Shown here one piece after another: positions 19,253-28,036 of a stretch of DNA of 64,000 bases. The notes beneath the pieces were generated by a model. That model ran no database searches. It saw nothing but the letters and a program-made list of their open reading frames with translations, and had not been told where the DNA came from. The stretch's first letter is position 1. Each line of letters starts with the position of its first letter. Source of the stretch: Bacteroidaceae bacterium (GTDB lineage: Bacteria > Bacteroidota > Bacteroidia > Bacteroidales > Bacteroidaceae). Both the position numbers and the translations under genes were made by a program. The stretch lies in the NCBI GenBank assembly GCA_017622495.1, contig JAGAQY010000006.1, positions 424 through 64,423 of the forward strand, in the 5' to 3' direction.

Positions 19253-22200
19253 ATGAAAAGAATATCTTGTTTATTTACTAACACCATGAGAAAGAGATTT
19301 TTATCCCTTGCAACATGCTGCATGGCCCTGACGTGTGCCATGGCACAGCGCACCTACACCTTCAATGCCACCGCACTGAATGTGGACGGTCTCCCCGAGA
19401 AGATTTCATTTGTTACAGTCAACGAAGGTGCCCCTGGTGCCGAGGGAGCTACGTTGATGGGTAATGCCATCGCAAAGCAGAACTGGGACATCGTAGGCCT
19501 TTCTGAGGACTTCAACTATCACACCGAGCTCACTGCTCCCTTGGCCAACTTATACCACGTGGGTACTCACCGCGGTGGCGTGTCGGGCTTGAGCAATGAC
19601 ACCGACGGTCTTGGTCTGCTTGTGGCCAAGCGCGACGGCACAGGCTTCTCCGGCGAGAGCTGGACAGGTTGGAGTACCTACAACGGTTATACCGACAGCG
19701 GTGCCGACGGCCTCATCGAGAAGGGATTCCGCTACTATGCTGTGACCATTGCCAGCGGCATCGTCATCGACGTATATGTGCTCCACATGGATGCCGACAT
19801 CAATGCCGGCGACATCGAGGCCCGCGAGACCCAGCTTGCCCAACTTGCAGCCTATATCAAGGGCACCAGCAACAAGCGTCCCATCCTTATCATTGGCGAC
19901 ACCAACTGCCGCTACACCCGCGAGCACCTGCAGACCGGCTTCATCGATGTCATCAATGCCGACAGCCGCTTCACCATCAAGGATGCGTGGGTAGAGAAGG
20001 TGTGGAACGGTGTATACCCCACCTATGGCGCCGATGCCATGATGTGGTACAATGCTCCCTACAACAACAATACCGGTGAGGTAGTCGACAAGATCTTCTA
20101 CATCAACAACACCGAGTCATCGCTCACCATCGAGGCCAACAGCTATCTGCACAACACCTCGTTCGGCGTGTCTGACCACTATCCTGTCATCGTCAACTTC
20201 ACCATTACCGACCCCACGGCTACAGCGCTCACTGCAGCCGAGAAGGAGGCCGCCAATACCTTGGACGATATTCAGGCTGGTAGCACCACCGCTAAGCCCA
20301 CATGGCTGGGCGAGCAGGTAGTGAGCGGCAGCAGCTACTACGTGATGAACGTGGGTACAGGCCAGTACATCAAGGTGGGTGCCACCTGGCAGACTCAAGC
20401 CACATCGGGCTATGCCGGCACACCCATCACCGTTACAGCCCTCTCCGATGGCACCTATTCACTGGCCACTGTAGGCAATAGCCGCGGCAACAAGCTCACT
20501 GCTACCGAGTATCCCTACATGGACGGTACCGATAGCGAGGCTCACGCTTGGACTCTTACTCCGGTCAACGCATCGGGCACCACTTGTCAGTACTATATCG
20601 AGGGTGGCGCAGGTGTGCTCACCACCACTACCGAGACCGGCAACGTGCTCAAGACCGTAGCCAAGAGCAGCTCCGACGACAATCAGCGCTGGGTGTTCCT
20701 CACCGCCGATGCTATCCGTCGCGAGATGGCCAAGGCCAGCTCCGACTACCCCTTCAACTTCACTCCGCTGATCCCTGCTGCCGACTTTGACAAGATGGAG
20801 GCCGATGCTGGCTATGCTGCCAGCTGGACAGGCTTTACCTTCGGTGGTGTCGACAATGGCGCCACACCTGCCAACTACGCTTGGGCTGCCGTAGCCAACA
20901 CCACCAGTGCTGTCACCGCCTCTCACGCTCTGGGTACCCTCCCTGCAGGTAACTACAGTGTGTCTTTCGAGGGCTTCTACCGTTCGCGCTACAAGCCCAG
21001 CGGCTGGTTCAAGAAAGAGCAGGATGAGACCCGCAATGTAGTCGTTTCGTTCGGCTCTACCAACATCGCCGTACCCCAGAACACTGCCACCACCATAGGC
21101 ACCGACATGTCTATTGTGGCCGCCACCTTCCGCGATGGCGACACCTACCTCGCCTCGGCCAACGTCAACCTCGCCTCGGCAACAGATGTTACGCTGGCAC
21201 TCAACAAGCCCGCTACCTCCAGCTCTGCCAAGGGTGCATGGGTGTGTCTCGACGATTTCCGCCTCACATTCTACGGCACCGGTGCAGCTCCCTCTGACCC
21301 CACCATTGCCTACAAGCAGATGGTTGTCACCAAGGTCAACGACACTTATGCCAAGGTGCTCCAGCTCAATGCTGCTGGTCAGGCCGCCTACGACATCTCT
21401 ACCGTGATGTACCGCTACAACAACGGCATGGTTGCCTCTGAGGCCGATGCCAAGGCACTGTGCGCTATGGTCGATGAGGCCTACAACAATGCCTATGCCG
21501 CTCATCAGGCTGCTGCCAATGCTCCCGTTGAGCCCGAGGAGCCCGAGACTCCCGTAGAGCCCGAGGAGCCTGAGACTCCCGTAGAGCCCGAGGAGCCCGA
21601 GACTCCCGTAGAGCCTGAGGAACCCGAGACTCCCGTAGAGCCCGAGGAGCCCGAGACTCCCGTAGAGCCTGAGGAGCCCGAGACTCCCGTAGAGCCCGAG
21701 GAACCCGAGACTCCCATTGAGCCCGAGGAGCCCGAGGTAGAGGAGGAGCAGCTGCCTACCGGTAGCACCGCCGATGCCCCCATCAGTCTCACCGCTACGC
21801 TCGTGCCCGCCATTGCTGATAACGTGGCCAACTGGACCGTCACCGGCTCATGGACTACATGGACCTCTACTGCAGACGGCAGCGGACTCAGTGTCCCCTA
21901 CGTACGCATCGGCACCAGCGGCACCAACCGCATCGCCAAGACCCTCTACTACCTCCCCGAGGGTACCTATCAGCTGAGCGCTTCATGCATGTCATACTAC
22001 TATTACAGTGGTTTCTTCGGTATCGGTAAGGGCGAGAAAGACGTCTCTGGCGTCACCCTCTTTGCCAACGATGCCACCACCACCATCAACACCAAGAGCA
22101 ACAAGGCTGCCAAGACCCTTACGGTGACCACTACCCTCTCGGGCACCAATACCCTCGAGTTTGGTATCAATGCCAAGAGCACCAAGGCCACCATCCTGGC

Positions 22201-22618
22201 GATGGACAATGTCGAGCTCGTATACCAGGGCTCTACAGCCGACTACATCAGTGGCATCAACACCATCACCGAGCGTTACCTCACCGCAGCTGAGTCTGCC
22301 GGCCTCACCGATGCTGCCGAGAGCCTCCGCGCAGCCCGCAAGACCTACGTCATCAACCTTGCTGGCGGTGCAGCCACTGCAGCCGACGTAGCAGCCTGGA
22401 CAGCCGCTATCGAGACCATCGTGAGCGCCACCGGTGCAAGCCGCTCAGCTGTCGAGGATGCCGAGGGCACTACCGAGATCACCGAAGCCGAGGCTGCCGA
22501 AGCTACCGTAGTGGCAGTCTACAACCTTCAGGGTGCCCGCGTAGAGAGCCTGCAGCCTGGCCTCAACATCCTGCTCATGAGCGATGGCTCTACACGCAAG
22601 GTACTGATCAACGACTGA
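19253..22618 (+). CDS. T9SS-sorted multidomain surface protein: N-terminal endonuclease/exonuclease/phosphatase (EEP) domain, beta-trefoil lectin-like region, two CBM-like modules, acidic Pro/Glu repeat linker, C-terminal sorting domain
   Basis: Signal peptide ending CAMAQ. EEP motifs are WDIVGLSEDFNYH, ILIIGDTNCRY and VSDHYPVIV. A ricin-like QxW is present (DDNQRWVFL). PVEPEEPET occurs 7 times plus one variant copy. The T9SS-type C-terminus is VVAVYNLQGARVESLQPGLNILLMSDGSTRKVLIND. Confidence 0.7.
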   Translation: MKRISCLFTNTMRKRFLSLATCCMALTCAMAQRTYTFNATALNVDGLPEKISFVTVNEGAPGAEGATLMGNAIAKQNWDIVGLSEDFNYHTELTAPLANLYHVGTHRGGVSGLSNDTDGLGLLVAKRDGTGFSGESWTGWSTYNGYTDSGADGLIEKGFRYYAVTIASGIVIDVYVLHMDADINAGDIEARETQLAQLAAYIKGTSNKRPILIIGDTNCRYTREHLQTGFIDVINADSRFTIKDAWVEKVWNGVYPTYGADAMMWYNAPYNNNTGEVVDKIFYINNTESSLTIEANSYLHNTSFGVSDHYPVIVNFTITDPTATALTAAEKEAANTLDDIQAGSTTAKPTWLGEQVVSGSSYYVMNVGTGQYIKVGATWQTQATSGYAGTPITVTALSDGTYSLATVGNSRGNKLTATEYPYMDGTDSEAHAWTLTPVNASGTTCQYYIEGGAGVLTTTTETGNVLKTVAKSSSDDNQRWVFLTADAIRREMAKASSDYPFNFTPLIPAADFDKMEADAGYAASWTGFTFGGVDNGATPANYAWAAVANTTSAVTASHALGTLPAGNYSVSFEGFYRSRYKPSGWFKKEQDETRNVVVSFGSTNIAVPQNTATTIGTDMSIVAATFRDGDTYLASANVNLASATDVTLALNKPATSSSAKGAWVCLDDFRLTFYGTGAAPSDPTIAYKQMVVTKVNDTYAKVLQLNAAGQAAYDISTVMYRYNNGMVASEADAKALCAMVDEAYNNAYAAHQAAANAPVEPEEPETPVEPEEPETPVEPEEPETPVEPEEPETPVEPEEPETPVEPEEPETPVEPEEPETPIEPEEPEVEEEQLPTGSTADAPISLTATLVPAIADNVANWTVTGSWTTWTSTADGSGLSVPYVRIGTSGTNRIAKTLYYLPEGTYQLSASCMSYYYYSGFFGIGKGEKDVSGVTLFANDATTTINTKSNKAAKTLTVTTTLSGTNTLEFGINAKSTKATILAMDNVELVYQGSTADYISGINTITERYLTAAESAGLTDAAESLRAARKTYVINLAGGAATAADVAAWTAAIETIVSATGASRSAVEDAEGTTEITEAEAAEATVVAVYNLQGARVESLQPGLNILLMSDGSTRKVLIND
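21524..21739 (+). repeat. in-frame 27-bp tandem repeat, 8 copies (PVEPEEPET)
   Basis: The unit CCCGTAGAGCCCGAGGAGCCCGAGACT is repeated head-to-tail with only synonymous or near-synonymous differences. Confidence 0.9.
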
Positions 22619-22641
22619 TGCATACATAGCACAATATCTTC

Positions 22642-22675
22642 AATGCGGTGGGCACTGCCCACCGCATTTGTTATT
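22642..22675 (+). terminator. probable terminator after the surface-protein gene
   Basis: AATGCGGTGGGC / GCCCACCGCATT stem with a 3-nt loop, then TTGTTATT. Confidence 0.55.
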
Positions 22676-22740
22676 AGGCATTTTCTCTGCATTCGCTCGT
22701 TAAAAACTTGCATTGTCTTCGCTTAATCGAAATTTTGCAC

Positions 22741-22748
22741 TAATTTTG
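22741..22748 (+). promoter_or_regulatory. -7 promoter box (TAATTTTG) for cysS
   Basis: Matches TAnnTTTG, 25 nt upstream of the ATG at 22774. Confidence 0.5.
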
Positions 22749-22773
22749 TACCCATATATAAAAACATAGCATT

Positions 22774-24255
22774 ATGGAACATCAGTTATTCATTTACAAT
22801 ACGCTCACACGCCGCAAGGAGCTCTTCAAGCCCCTGCACGAGAATCATGTGGGCATGTATGTGTGCGGCCCCACCGTATATGGCGATGCCCACCTGGGCC
22901 ACGCTCGCCCCGCCATCACTTTCGATATCCTCTTCCGCTACCTGCAGCACTTGGGCTACAAGGTGCGCTACGTGCGCAACATTACCGATGTAGGTCACCT
23001 CGAGCACGATGCCGATGAGGGTGAGGACAAGGTAGCCAAGAAGGCACGCCTCGAGCAGCTCGAGCCCATGGAGGTGGTGCAGCACTACCTCAACCGCTAC
23101 CACAAGGCCATGGAGGCACTTAATGTGCTGCCCCCCAGCATCGAGCCCCATGCCTCAGGACATATCATCGAGCAGATAGCCCTCGTCAAGGAGATTCTCG
23201 ACAACGGCTACGCCTACGAGAGCGAAGGCTCGGTATACTTCGATGTAGAGAAGTACAACCGCGACCACCGCTACGGCAAGCTCTCGGGCCGCAACCTCGA
23301 CGACGTGCTCAACACCTCACGCGACAACCTCGACGGACAGAGCGAGAAGCGCAACCCCGTAGACTTCGCCCTGTGGAAGAAGGCACAGCCCGAGCACATC
23401 ATGCGCTGGCCCTCACCCTGGAGCGACGGCTTCCCCGGCTGGCACTGCGAGTGCACGGCCATGGGCAAGAAATATCTCGGTGCCCACTTCGACATCCACG
23501 GTGGCGGCATGGACCTCGTGTTCCCCCACCACGAGTGCGAGATAGCCCAGAGCGTAGCCAGCCAGGGCGACGATATGGTGCACTACTGGATGCACAACAA
23601 CATGATCACCATCAACGGACAGAAGATGGGCAAGTCATACAACAACTTCATCAACCTCAGCGAGTTCTTTGCCGGTTCGCACCCCTTGCTCGAGCAGCCC
23701 TACAGCCCCATGACCATCCGCTTCTTCATCCTGCAGGCACACTACCGCAGCACGGTGGACTTTGGCAACGAGGCGCTGCAAGCCTCTGAGAAGGGCCTCA
23801 GCCGCCTCCTCGAGGCATGGGACAACCTCGGCCGCATCGCACCCGCCGAGAGCTCATCGGTCGATGTTACCGGCTTGCGTGCCAAGTGCTACGAGGCCAT
23901 GAACGACGACCTCAACACACCCATCGTCATCAGCCACCTCTTCGATGCCGCCCGCATCATCAATCAGGCCATCGACAAGAAGGCCACCCTCAGTGCTGCC
24001 CACTTGGCCGAACTGAAAGAGGTGTTCGCCCTCTTCCTCTTCGATATCCTCGGCATCAAGGCCGAGCAGAGCGGCAACAACAGCGGTCGCGAGGAGGCCT
24101 TCGGCAAGGTTGTCGATATGCTCCTCGAGCAGCGTGCTATCGCCAAGGCCAACAAGGACTGGGCCACCAGTGACAAGATACGCAACGAGCTCGCTGCCCT
24201 CGGCTTCGAGATCAAGGATACCAAGGATGGCTGCACCTGGAAGTTGAACAAGTAA
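22774..24255 (+). CDS. cysS: cysteine--tRNA ligase
   Basis: HIGH-type motif (GDAHLGHA), the KMSKS variant KMGKS, and the Zn-binding region WHCECTAM. Confidence 0.95.
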   Translation: MEHQLFIYNTLTRRKELFKPLHENHVGMYVCGPTVYGDAHLGHARPAITFDILFRYLQHLGYKVRYVRNITDVGHLEHDADEGEDKVAKKARLEQLEPMEVVQHYLNRYHKAMEALNVLPPSIEPHASGHIIEQIALVKEILDNGYAYESEGSVYFDVEKYNRDHRYGKLSGRNLDDVLNTSRDNLDGQSEKRNPVDFALWKKAQPEHIMRWPSPWSDGFPGWHCECTAMGKKYLGAHFDIHGGGMDLVFPHHECEIAQSVASQGDDMVHYWMHNNMITINGQKMGKSYNNFINLSEFFAGSHPLLEQPYSPMTIRFFILQAHYRSTVDFGNEALQASEKGLSRLLEAWDNLGRIAPAESSSVDVTGLRAKCYEAMNDDLNTPIVISHLFDAARIINQAIDKKATLSAAHLAELKEVFALFLFDILGIKAEQSGNNSGREEAFGKVVDMLLEQRAIAKANKDWATSDKIRNELAALGFEIKDTKDGCTWKLNK

Positions 24256-24270
24256 ATTGAAAATTAAAAA

Positions 24271-25263
24271 TTGAAAATTAAAAATTATAACATCCCGTTC
24301 TTGCTTCTGCTGTTGAGTGTGACATTACTTGTTGCCTGCGGAAGCAAGCAACCCAAAACTTCCACGCAGCCCCAAGTCGCTGTCGTGGTGCCCACCTTCA
24401 ATGCCGACAGCGCCTACCACTACACCGCGCAGCAGGTAGCCTTCGGGCCGCGTGTGCCCAATAGTGAGGCCCACCGCCAGTGTGGCGACTGGCTGGCGCA
24501 GACGCTCGAGCGCTTCGGAGCCAAGGTGACCTCACAGCATGTCACCCTCCGCGCCTACGACGGCACCGTCCTTGCTGCCCGCAACATCATCGGCTCCTAC
24601 AAGCCCGAGACCCGCAAGCGCGTGCTCCTCTGTGCCCATTGGGACAGCCGCCCCTGGGCCGATGCCGACCCCGACCCCAAGAACCACCGCACACCCATCC
24701 TCGGAGCCAATGACGGCGCCAGCGGCGTGGGCGTGCTCCTCGAGATAGCCCGCCAGCTGCAGGCCCAGCCCACCGATATCGGTATCGACATTATCTTCTT
24801 CGATGCCGAGGACTATGGCACCCATGCCGAAGATAAGGAACCCACTGATGGCATCACCTGGTGTCTGGGCTCTCAGTACTGGGCCCGCGTGCCTCATGTA
24901 GAGGAATATATGGCCCGCTTCGGTATCCTGCTCGATATGGTGGGTGGCCGCGATGCCCGCTTCCATCGTGAGGGCTACTCTGATTATTATGCCAAGCATG
25001 TTGTTGACAAAGTGTGGGCAGCTGCTCATACCAGTGGTCACGGAGGGTGGTTCCCCTATGCCGATGGCGGAGTAATTACGGACGACCATCTGCCCATCAA
25101 TGAGATAGCCCGCATTCCTTGTATCGACATCATTGGGCACTATCCCGAGACGGGCTTTGCCCCCACCTGGCACACCATGGACGACACGATGGAAAACATC
25201 GACCCCGCTGTGCTCCGTGCTGCCGGACAAACCGTGATGCAGGTCATCTATAATGAGAAATAA
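24271..25263 (+). CDS. glutaminyl-peptide cyclotransferase (M28-fold lipoprotein)
   Basis: Lipoprotein signal LLVACGSK. M28/QC metal-site motifs are LLCAHWDSRPWAD, GANDGASGVGVLLE and FFDAEDYG. Only a TTG start is available, so the start is uncertain. Confidence 0.75.
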   Translation: MKIKNYNIPFLLLLLSVTLLVACGSKQPKTSTQPQVAVVVPTFNADSAYHYTAQQVAFGPRVPNSEAHRQCGDWLAQTLERFGAKVTSQHVTLRAYDGTVLAARNIIGSYKPETRKRVLLCAHWDSRPWADADPDPKNHRTPILGANDGASGVGVLLEIARQLQAQPTDIGIDIIFFDAEDYGTHAEDKEPTDGITWCLGSQYWARVPHVEEYMARFGILLDMVGGRDARFHREGYSDYYAKHVVDKVWAAAHTSGHGGWFPYADGGVITDDHLPINEIARIPCIDIIGHYPETGFAPTWHTMDDTMENIDPAVLRAAGQTVMQVIYNEK

Positions 25264-25314
25264 ATATTAGGAGTTAAACCAATAACACCCAGATGGCAGT
25301 CCGTTGACTGTTGA

Positions 25315-25355
25315 CTACACACTAAACTCTACACACTACACTCTAAACACTAAAC
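25315..25355. repeat. copy C (inverted orientation) of the GTGTAG/GTTTAGAG motif, directly upstream of sufE
   Basis: The + strand reads CTACACACTAAACTCTACACACTACACTCTAAACACTAAAC. It contains no G and ends 11 nt before the ATG at 25366. Confidence 0.7.
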
Positions 25356-25365
25356 AAAAAAAAAC

Positions 25366-25794
25366 ATGACCATCAACGAAATACAAGACCAGATTATCGA
25401 GGAGTTCAGCGAACTCGACGACTGGATGGACAAGTACCAGCTCCTCATCGACCTCGGCAGTGAGCAGGAGCCGCTGCCCGAGGAGTACAAGACCGACAGT
25501 AACCTCATCGAGGGCTGTCAGAGCCGCGTATGGCTACAGGCCGATGAGGTAGATGGCCGCCTCGTGTTCCAGGCCGAGAGCGATGCCCTCATCGTCAAGG
25601 GCATCGTCAGCCTTCTGGTGCAGGTTCTCTCCGGCCACACTGCCGAAGAGATTGTCGATGCCGACCTCTACTTCATCGAGGAGATAGGCCTCAAGGAGCA
25701 CCTCTCGCCCACCCGCAGCAATGGCCTCGTCGCCATGGTCAAGCAGATGCGCCTCTATGCACTGGCCTATAAGGCACGGCATGCGCAGGGGTAG
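25366..25794 (+). CDS. sufE: SufE-like cysteine desulfuration protein
   Basis: 142 aa with the SufE active-site context LIEGCQSRVWL. Confidence 0.85.
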   Translation: MTINEIQDQIIEEFSELDDWMDKYQLLIDLGSEQEPLPEEYKTDSNLIEGCQSRVWLQADEVDGRLVFQAESDALIVKGIVSLLVQVLSGHTAEEIVDADLYFIEEIGLKEHLSPTRSNGLVAMVKQMRLYALAYKARHAQG

Positions 25795-25798
25795 GGGG

Positions 25799-25984
25799 CT
25801 AATCGCCCCATAGGTTGCCCCATACACCGCGACTGTTGTCGCGCTTCCGGCCGAAGTCTGCTTCCTCACCACCCTGATGCTCCGAGTCCACACTTAACTC
25901 ATGGCTAATGGCCAATATGTGCATTAACACTATTTCTATCACCTCTATTTCAGGGCGTATATAAACCATTTTTTTCCTTTTCAT
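25799..25984 (-). CDS. hypothetical small protein (61 aa), possibly a secreted or processed peptide
   Basis: It starts 12 nt after the stop of the upstream T9SS gene, behind an A-rich leader. The N-terminus is basic (MKRKKMVYIRPEIEVIE), an internal QGG is present, and the tail is rich in Trp and Gly. There is no homology evidence, and the 3' half overlaps a short hairpin. Confidence 0.3.
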   Translation of the reverse strand: MKRKKMVYIRPEIEVIEIVLMHILAISHELSVDSEHQGGEEADFGRKRDNSRGVWGNLWGD

Positions 25985-25996
25985 CGGTGTTTTTTC

Positions 25997-27898
25997 TTAA
26001 AAGAAGACCTTCTTCCCATTGGTAATGTATATCCCTTTGCCTGCATGCTTGATGGGGCGGCCGAATAGGTCATAAATCTGCATCTCGCATCGAGGCATTG
26101 TTTCTATAGTTGGGTTAATATCAGTCTCGTCTACTCTTTTGATAGCATAAGAAATGGGTGCCTCGTTGGGATTTATGGAGAGGTATGCTTTTCCCGCCTT
26201 AGCTATGAATGCACTCTTAGGTGTGGGATTGTCCCCTATAGCCGTCTTGGGTACATAAAAGCCGACGATGCCATTAAGCGCATTAAGTGCATAGTGCGAT
26301 ACTCCATTGTTGACCTCAGTGTCTTCTGTGTATCCTATGAGATGGTTCCCACTAACATTTTCTGTAGTAGCGTTTGTGTATGATAATGTATAGGTCTTCG
26401 ATGATTGGGTTGTGGCAGCTTCGGACGAATAAAGTATAGCTGCAGTAGAGGAGGGTATGATACCGCTTATTGGGTGCAGTGTGGCAATTGTACTTTCCTC
26501 TATAGTGCAATAATAGGCATTGAGCCCCTCTGGGATATTCACGGGGACGGTGCTGTACCAAGTGGAGTATCCGTATTTGTTTGCTGTAACTTCGATATTC
26601 AAAGATGTGGTGTAATAGGTGTATGCAGAGGAGGTTTGATTGAGTTTATATAGTTGGATGGGGAGACTATTGGAATATAGATAATATCTAAATCTACTTC
26701 CACTTCCACTCTTATAATATCTGATAGCATAATTTTCTGCTTTACCTGTTCCCTTTATATATACACCATTATCCCCATTGTATGAAATGAAATTTACTTT
26801 TGGATTATCTGACGTAGATACTTGATTCTTCATTTCAGTGTTATAAAGGTATTTCCCACTTGTGGACTGTAGGGAATATCCATCTGTCGTTTTGCTGATA
26901 TAGAAAGCTGATGCATTTGTTTCTTCATTGCTTATGATATTATTATCTGAGATAATGACGCTTTTAAAATTTCCAGCAACATCTATATCGTTTAAACTAC
27001 CGTCGAAAGCTACACCTTCGCTTTCACAAACAATGAGGTAGGTGCCGCTCCAATCGCTCTGTTCATTCTCAATCTTTATGTAAGTAGGTTCTCTAACTTC
27101 TTCCTTCTTAGCATATACGGCATAGTACGTTATGGTGTCGTCAATGGTTACAGTCTCTCCTGGATTATTTAATTCTGGAGTCTTTGTTGTCCCGATAGGG
27201 AATGGAGTTGTACTCCAACCGACGAAGTCAAGTCCTGCGACTTCGGGAACTTCAGATGGTAAAGTATAGCTACTCCCTACCTTAAGTGTTTCTGTATTAT
27301 CTATGCTATCAACAGATAATGTTACAGTGCAATTCCTAATTAAATCTGAGTCTGTCAGTTTGTATAATACAATATCTTTTGGTTGTGTGCTTGTTTTATT
27401 GTAACATGAAAATAATGCGTATGTATTATTGTGTCGCATTTCATTGTTTGTGTTTGCTCCTTGAGCTACTATATTAGTTCTATCTTCAGTAATAGTGATT
27501 TCCCAACTGCTATTATTGGATAATGTGTTTTCTGTTCTTAACCAATTCTCTTTATCAGATGCTGCGTATAAATAGCCATCACCTGTATAGAAGGCGTACG
27601 TGTTATCTTTCTTCCCTTTTCTGAGGATGAGTTTTTGTATATCATAGGTGTTATTTGAGGCTGTTTCGACAGAACAAAATATGCCCTCTTTTCTAATGGC
27701 TATTTGGCCTCTGTTGTCGGCTTTCTGTTCTGTGCTCATTGCAAAGTTTGCATTATTGGCAACAATTATGACAGTGTCCCCTACTGACAATTCGGAAACA
27801 TCGGTTACCAATGTCCAAACAGATTCTGCATACGTAGAACTTATATAGCTAAATAAGAATGCGATAGCTATCAATAGCTTGTGGTGGCACTTATTCAT
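25997..27898 (-). CDS. T9SS-sorted surface protein with duplicated N-terminal modules and a Listeria-Bacteroides repeat
   Basis: Trimmed to the ATG at 27898, which gives MNKCHHKLLIAIAFLFSYISSTYA. Two similar modules each end in ..LYKL. A List-Bact repeat is present (FVGWSTTP...ITYYAVYA). The T9SS-like C-terminus is MQIYDLFGRPIKHAGKGIYITNGKKVFF. The gene is visibly AT-richer than its flanks. Confidence 0.65.
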   Translation of the reverse strand: MNKCHHKLLIAIAFLFSYISSTYAESVWTLVTDVSELSVGDTVIIVANNANFAMSTEQKADNRGQIAIRKEGIFCSVETASNNTYDIQKLILRKGKKDNTYAFYTGDGYLYAASDKENWLRTENTLSNNSSWEITITEDRTNIVAQGANTNNEMRHNNTYALFSCYNKTSTQPKDIVLYKLTDSDLIRNCTVTLSVDSIDNTETLKVGSSYTLPSEVPEVAGLDFVGWSTTPFPIGTTKTPELNNPGETVTIDDTITYYAVYAKKEEVREPTYIKIENEQSDWSGTYLIVCESEGVAFDGSLNDIDVAGNFKSVIISDNNIISNEETNASAFYISKTTDGYSLQSTSGKYLYNTEMKNQVSTSDNPKVNFISYNGDNGVYIKGTGKAENYAIRYYKSGSGSRFRYYLYSNSLPIQLYKLNQTSSAYTYYTTSLNIEVTANKYGYSTWYSTVPVNIPEGLNAYYCTIEESTIATLHPISGIIPSSTAAILYSSEAATTQSSKTYTLSYTNATTENVSGNHLIGYTEDTEVNNGVSHYALNALNGIVGFYVPKTAIGDNPTPKSAFIAKAGKAYLSINPNEAPISYAIKRVDETDINPTIETMPRCEMQIYDLFGRPIKHAGKGIYITNGKKVFF

Positions 27899-27924
27899 GA
27901 TATACTTGATTGTTAAATTTTCTG

Positions 27925-27932
27925 CAAATATA
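27925..27932 (-). promoter_or_regulatory. -7 promoter box (reverse complement TATATTTG) for the AT-rich T9SS gene
   Basis: The + strand reads CAAATATA, 27 nt upstream of the ATG at 27898. Confidence 0.45.
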
Positions 27933-28036
27933 CAACATCCCCCAATTATTTGAAAACAATGATTAAAAAACATTAGATGTTCTAAGGGGAATAGATAGAA
28001 AATATGTATCTTCGCAAAAGATTTTTATTCACCATT

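Noticed and set aside
20459-21505. 348-aa minus-strand ORF inside the 1121-aa surface-protein gene. Similar long antisense ORFs occur at 7402-8279, 14519-15313, 24532-25230, 28714-29715, 29941-30804, 31126-32055, 33619-34317, 34426-35067, 38002-38733 and 47996-48844.
   Set aside because: All lie antisense to genes that have strong motif support. They lack signal peptides and motifs, and their composition is biased. They are most likely a consequence of codon bias suppressing stops on the opposite strand.
21524-21739. A regular 27-bp repeat array considered as a possible CRISPR array.
   Set aside because: The repeats are contiguous with no spacers. They are in frame and lie inside a long ORF, where they encode PVEPEEPET. 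This is a protein-coding tandem repeat.
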